Below are positions 54,254 through 58,494 of a stretch of DNA of 58,494 nt, piece by piece (the stretch's first letter is position 1; every line of letters starts with the position of its first letter). The notes beneath the pieces are model-generated. The model worked only from the letters and a program-made list of their open reading frames with translations. It was not told the DNA's origin and searched no databases. The stretch covers positions 2,376 through 60,869 of the forward strand of contig MHWB01000002.1 in the NCBI GenBank assembly GCA_001823925.1, in the 5' to 3' direction. The translations under genes and the position numbers were made by a program. This stretch comes from Candidatus Zambryskibacteria bacterium RIFCSPLOWO2_01_FULL_39_39. Its GTDB lineage: Bacteria > Patescibacteriota > Minisyncoccia > Phycocordibacterales > WO2-35-19.

Positions 54254-56371
54254 ATGATTAAGGAGGAGAAAAATAAAAAAAGCAAAGATTCAAGTAAATA
54301 TAGCGCCGATTCTATCACTGTTTTGGAAGGGCTAGAGCCAGTGCGTCGCAGGCCGGGTATGTATATCGGCACTACTGGGCCGGACGGCTTACATCATCTA
54401 ATTTGGGAGATTTTTGATAACTCAAGGGACGAGGCCATGGGAGGCTTTGCTAATGATATAGAAGTTGCTTTTCTTCCCAATAATCAAGTACGGGTCGTCG
54501 ACAATGGTCGAGGCATCCCAGTTGATGTCCACAAACAAACAAAAGTATCAGCTTTGGAGACTATTTTGACCACCCTACACGCGGGTGGAAAATTTGGGGG
54601 AGAAGGTTATAAAATCTCTGGCGGTCTGCATGGAGTAGGGGCTTCCGTAGTTAACGCACTTTCGATATTTATGCGAGCAGAAGTACACCGAGACGGGGGA
54701 GTCTACATGCAAGAATATTCTAAAGGTAAAAAGAAAACGGCAGTTAAAAAAATAGGTTCTTCCAAGCTCTCTGGCACTGTAATCACTTTTGAGCCGGATC
54801 CAGAAATATTTGCAACTAATGACAACGAAATAAGTTTTGACTTTGACCGAGTGGTCCATCATATGCGTCAACAGGCTTATTTGGTAAAAGGTCTCAAAAT
54901 ATCTGTCTTAGATTTGCGAGAAATAAATATATCATCTGGCGGAAAAATAAAAGACTCTGAAACTTTTTATTTACGAGACTTGGATATAGAAGCACCTTCT
55001 ATGTCATTTTATTTTGACGGTGGACTCATGTCTCTCATCAGATTTTATAACCACACCCAAAAACCAATTCATAAAAATGTTTTTTATGTTGAAAAATTAA
55101 ATGAAAATTTTGAGGGAGCAGAAGTAGCTCTGCAATATGTAGACGATATTTCGGCCCGCATTATGCCTTTTGCCAATAATATATATAACTCTGAAGGAGG
55201 AACCCATATCACTGGATTTAAGACAGCTTTGACTAGAACTTTAAATAATTATGCCAAGAAAAACAATCTTACCAAAAATGGAGATGATGCTTTTACGGGA
55301 GAAGATGTGTTAGAGGGACTCACTGCCGTTATTTCAGTTAAATTGAGAGAAGTGCAATTTGAAGGTCAAACTAAGGCTAAGTTGGGTAGTGTAGAAGCCC
55401 GTGGGATGGTTGAGGGTATTTTTGCTGAAGCCTTTGATGCCTTTTTGGAAGAAAACCCAGATGATGCTAGGGCAATAATTAATAAAGTCACCTTGGCCCT
55501 ACGCGCTCGCAAAGCGGCTAAAGCGGCTAAAGATTCAATTTTAAGAAAGGGGGCACTGGAAGGTATGACTTTGCCGGGGAAACTTGCCGATTGCCAGAGT
55601 AAATCTGCAGAGGAGTCAGAGCTCTTTATCGTAGAGGGAGATTCGGCCGGAGGCACCGCCAAGACGGGTAGAGATAGGCGTACTCAAGCGATATTACCAT
55701 TGAAAGGAAAAATATTAAACATAGAAAGAGCCCGACTTGACCGTATGCTTGGTTCAGAGCAAATTAAAAATTTGGTAGTCGCTTTGGGTACTGCCATAGG
55801 GGACACATTTGATATTTCCAAACTTCGTTATCATAAAGTGATTATAGCAACCGATGCCGATGTTGACGGCGCCCACATCCGCACTCTTATACTTACTCTA
55901 CTCTATAGATACTTCCGTCCACTTATAGATGGGGGATTTATATACATTGCCCAACCGCCTCTTTATAAAATTAAAAAGGGTAAAGAAATATTTTATGCAT
56001 ACTCTGACGACGAGAAAGCTAAAATTTTAGGAAAAGAAGCAGAGGTTGAAATAGTAGAAACTGAAAGTGGAGAGATCGAAAATTCTGATTCAGAAAATGA
56101 GGAAGAAAATGAAAATAATAAAGCCTCCTCCGCTAAAGCTACGGCGGGCCGAAGTAAAATTTCAGTACAACGCTACAAAGGTTTGGGAGAAATGAATGCC
56201 GAAGAATTATGGGAAACCACCATGGACCCCAAAAAACGTATCTTGAAACAAATAAATGTTGACGAAGCCGGCGAAGCTGACCAAATATTTGATGTTCTTA
56301 TGGGCACTGACGTCCCATCTCGCAAATCTTTCATCCAATCCAACGCCAAACTGGCAACTATTGACATTTAA
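54254..56371 (+). CDS. gyrB: DNA gyrase subunit B
   Basis: LEGLEPVRRRPGMYIG, GGLHGVG, EGDSAGG, PLKGK, DADVDG, QRYKGLGEM. Confidence 0.96.
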   Translation: MIKEEKNKKSKDSSKYSADSITVLEGLEPVRRRPGMYIGTTGPDGLHHLIWEIFDNSRDEAMGGFANDIEVAFLPNNQVRVVDNGRGIPVDVHKQTKVSALETILTTLHAGGKFGGEGYKISGGLHGVGASVVNALSIFMRAEVHRDGGVYMQEYSKGKKKTAVKKIGSSKLSGTVITFEPDPEIFATNDNEISFDFDRVVHHMRQQAYLVKGLKISVLDLREINISSGGKIKDSETFYLRDLDIEAPSMSFYFDGGLMSLIRFYNHTQKPIHKNVFYVEKLNENFEGAEVALQYVDDISARIMPFANNIYNSEGGTHITGFKTALTRTLNNYAKKNNLTKNGDDAFTGEDVLEGLTAVISVKLREVQFEGQTKAKLGSVEARGMVEGIFAEAFDAFLEENPDDARAIINKVTLALRARKAAKAAKDSILRKGALEGMTLPGKLADCQSKSAEESELFIVEGDSAGGTAKTGRDRRTQAILPLKGKILNIERARLDRMLGSEQIKNLVVALGTAIGDTFDISKLRYHKVIIATDADVDGAHIRTLILTLLYRYFRPLIDGGFIYIAQPPLYKIKKGKEIFYAYSDDEKAKILGKEAEVEIVETESGEIENSDSENEEENENNKASSAKATAGRSKISVQRYKGLGEMNAEELWETTMDPKKRILKQINVDEAGEADQIFDVLMGTDVPSRKSFIQSNAKLATIDI

Positions 56372-58149
56372 TTCTTTTCTTTAATTTCTTTTTGGAGAAG
56401 TTCTAGGAATTTTGAGGCGGACATTGAACCAAGTTTTTCGCCTCCGTCAACTGACGGATTGCCACGAGCTTCCACGGTCACTTCTTTTGATTCTACTTCT
56501 TTATCACCCAAGACAATCCAATAAGGGATCTTTTCATTCTTTGCCTGACGCACCTTTTTACCCAAGTTTTCATCTGCCAAATCCACTTCGGCCCTCACAC
56601 CATTTTCTTTTAACAAATCATAAATTTCCTGCGCATAAGCATTGTGCGATTCGCGTACTGGTATGACTTTAACCTGCACTGGTGAGAGCCAGAGAGGAAA
56701 ATTGCCAGCATAGTGTTCAATAAGAATTCCCATAAATCTTTCAAAAGAACCCAGTATGGCTACATGTAAGACTACAACACGATGTTTTTTACCGTCTTCA
56801 CCAGTGTAATTCATATCAAAATTTTCTGGTTGATTAAAGTCTAATTGGATCGTTGTCAGTTGCCATTCGCGACCGATTGAATCCTTAACTTTTATATCTA
56901 TTTTAGGTCCATAAAATGCAGCCTCACCCTCTTCAACACTGAATGGGACACCCCAGTTTGTGACCTCTTCAAGCAATATCGCTTCAGCTTTTTGCCAAAC
57001 ACTATCATCTCCAAAATATTTTCCTTTATTTTTTGGATCACGCACGGAAATTTCAACTTTGTAATCATTAAATCCAAACAAACCATAGACTTTTTGCATT
57101 AGTCCAAGAATCATCTTTATTTCTGATTGGATCTGATCTTGTTTTATAAAATGATGAGTATCGTCCTGACACAAACTCTTGACTCGCAAAAGACCGGACA
57201 ATTCACCACTTTTTTCATTTCTGTAGACGACAGTATTTTCGGCTAAACGCAAAGGTAAGTCGCGATAACTATGTGGCTCAGCATTGTAAATTTCAAAATG
57301 ATGAGGACAATTCATTGCTTTCATTACAAATTCTTCGCCATTTTCGTCTTTCATTGTCGGCATCATAGCGCCATATTTACCCAAGTGACCACTTTTTATA
57401 TAAAGTTCCTTTTTGGCAATATGAGGAATCGTAACAAATGAATACCCGAGTTTTTCTTTTTCAGAACGAATAAAGTTTTCCAACTCGGTGCGAATTATAT
57501 TTCCTTTTGGCAAGTACATGGGCAACCCCTTACCAACTAAATCTGAAATAGTAAAAAGTCCTAGTTCTTTGCCTAATTTTTTATGATCTCTTTTTTCAGC
57601 TTCTTCTCTTTGTATCAAATATTCGTCTAACTTTTCTTTTGATTCAAAAGCTAAACCATAAATACGAGTCAACATTTTGTTTTTTTCGTCTCCCCTCCAA
57701 TAAGCGCCCGCAATACGATCAAGTTTAAATGATTCCGGACTGATTTCTTTGGAAGGATCTGCTACGTGCCCACCTCGACAAAGATCAGTAAAATCACCGC
57801 TTTTATAAAAAGTTATTTTGCCTTCAAATTCATTTATTAGTTCAATCTTATATTCGTTGTTCTTCCAATACTCCCTCGCTTCATCTGCCGACACCTCCCC
57901 ACCCTCAAAACTTTTCCAAGAAGGCAAAATCTCTTTCATTTTTTCTTCAATTTTTTCTAAATCTTTGTCTGAAATAGGAGAAGAAAATTCAAAGTCATAA
58001 TAAAAACCATTATCTATAGCCGGTCCGATAGTCGCTTTAGCATCTGGATAAAACTCCTTGACCGCCGCCGCAAGCAGATGTGCTAGTGAATGTCTAACTG
58101 ATTCAATATTACTTGTCTCGAGCTTGTCGAGAGATTTTTCTTTATTCAT
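56368..58149 (-). CDS. thrS: Threonine--tRNA ligase
   Basis: RHSLAH, DLCRGGH, RDHKKLG, MNCP.H, AAFYGPKID, GSFERF. Confidence 0.97.
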   Translation of the reverse strand: MNKEKSLDKLETSNIESVRHSLAHLLAAAVKEFYPDAKATIGPAIDNGFYYDFEFSSPISDKDLEKIEEKMKEILPSWKSFEGGEVSADEAREYWKNNEYKIELINEFEGKITFYKSGDFTDLCRGGHVADPSKEISPESFKLDRIAGAYWRGDEKNKMLTRIYGLAFESKEKLDEYLIQREEAEKRDHKKLGKELGLFTISDLVGKGLPMYLPKGNIIRTELENFIRSEKEKLGYSFVTIPHIAKKELYIKSGHLGKYGAMMPTMKDENGEEFVMKAMNCPHHFEIYNAEPHSYRDLPLRLAENTVVYRNEKSGELSGLLRVKSLCQDDTHHFIKQDQIQSEIKMILGLMQKVYGLFGFNDYKVEISVRDPKNKGKYFGDDSVWQKAEAILLEEVTNWGVPFSVEEGEAAFYGPKIDIKVKDSIGREWQLTTIQLDFNQPENFDMNYTGEDGKKHRVVVLHVAILGSFERFMGILIEHYAGNFPLWLSPVQVKVIPVRESHNAYAQEIYDLLKENGVRAEVDLADENLGKKVRQAKNEKIPYWIVLGDKEVESKEVTVEARGNPSVDGGEKLGSMSASKFLELLQKEIKEKN

Positions 58150-58158
58150 AAATAAATG

Positions 58159-58494
58159 TTACAACTTTTTGGCTTTTTCGGCAATTAGAGTCTTTTCGCC
58201 ATTACGGAGTGAGACACGAGCTTTGACAGCAATACATTGGTCGGGGAGAAAGATAGAAGAAAATTCTTGTAAAACACGAGGGAAAACTACCAACTCGATC
58301 TGATCGGTTAAATCTGCAAATTTTATAAAAAACATTTTGTCACCATTCTTGGTTAAAATATCTCTCATATTTTCTATTAAACCGCCAACCACCACCACCT
58401 CGTTTTCTTTGGAACTTTCTTTTATTTTCTTTATGGTCATTTTTTGATTTTCTAGTTTTTCTTTGAATTGCTCCATGGGGTGTCCGGAAACATA
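58159..58494 (-). CDS. dnaE: DNA polymerase III alpha subunit, C-terminal OB fold (5' part outside the window)
   Basis: Frame opens at the window edge with YVSGHP, then TKNGDKM.F..F.D.T..IELVVFP. Confidence 0.85.
   Translation of the reverse strand, partial: YVSGHPMEQFKEKLENQKMTIKKIKESSKENEVVVVGGLIENMRDILTKNGDKMFFIKFADLTDQIELVVFPRVLQEFSSIFLPDQCIAVKARVSLRNGEKTLIAEKAKKL

Overview
AT-rich bacterial chromosome segment with the hallmarks of a Patescibacteria/CPR (Parcubacteria-like) genome: short or leaderless 5' ends, compact housekeeping genes, standard code 11. This taxonomy is inferred from gene content and style. Bases 1-7460 are a defence/cargo island next to tRNA-Ser(GGA). It holds a CBASS operon (XRE-HTH, IrrE/ImmA-type peptidase, HNH-SAVED, CD-NTase, and an unannotated E2-like/SEC-C protein cut off by the window edge) and a Fic + AEP-primase/SF2-helicase pair bounded by direct repeats. 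Bases 7.6-22 kb are a cell-surface region: two PEP-CTERM-type proteins, three TasA/CalY-like SipW substrates, a SipW peptidase that carries its own SipW-type signal in a C-terminal extension, and a three-gene cluster of Asn/Thr/Gly-rich repeat proteins plus a CAP protein. The rest is mostly housekeeping (trxB, ftsZ/ftsA, ybeY, rpsU, lepB, pth, rpsA, class II RNR, gap/rpiB/rpe/tkt/fba, rplY, rpmE, prfA, rpsB, tsf, monomeric PheRS, gyrB, thrS, 3' end of dnaE, tRNA-Val and tRNA-Thr). It is interspersed with solitary foreign-looking genes and several families of short palindromic repeats: one around a RAYT transposase, one around a DUF559 nuclease, and several inserted in frame inside essential genes. 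All calls come from reading motifs by eye; no searches were run.
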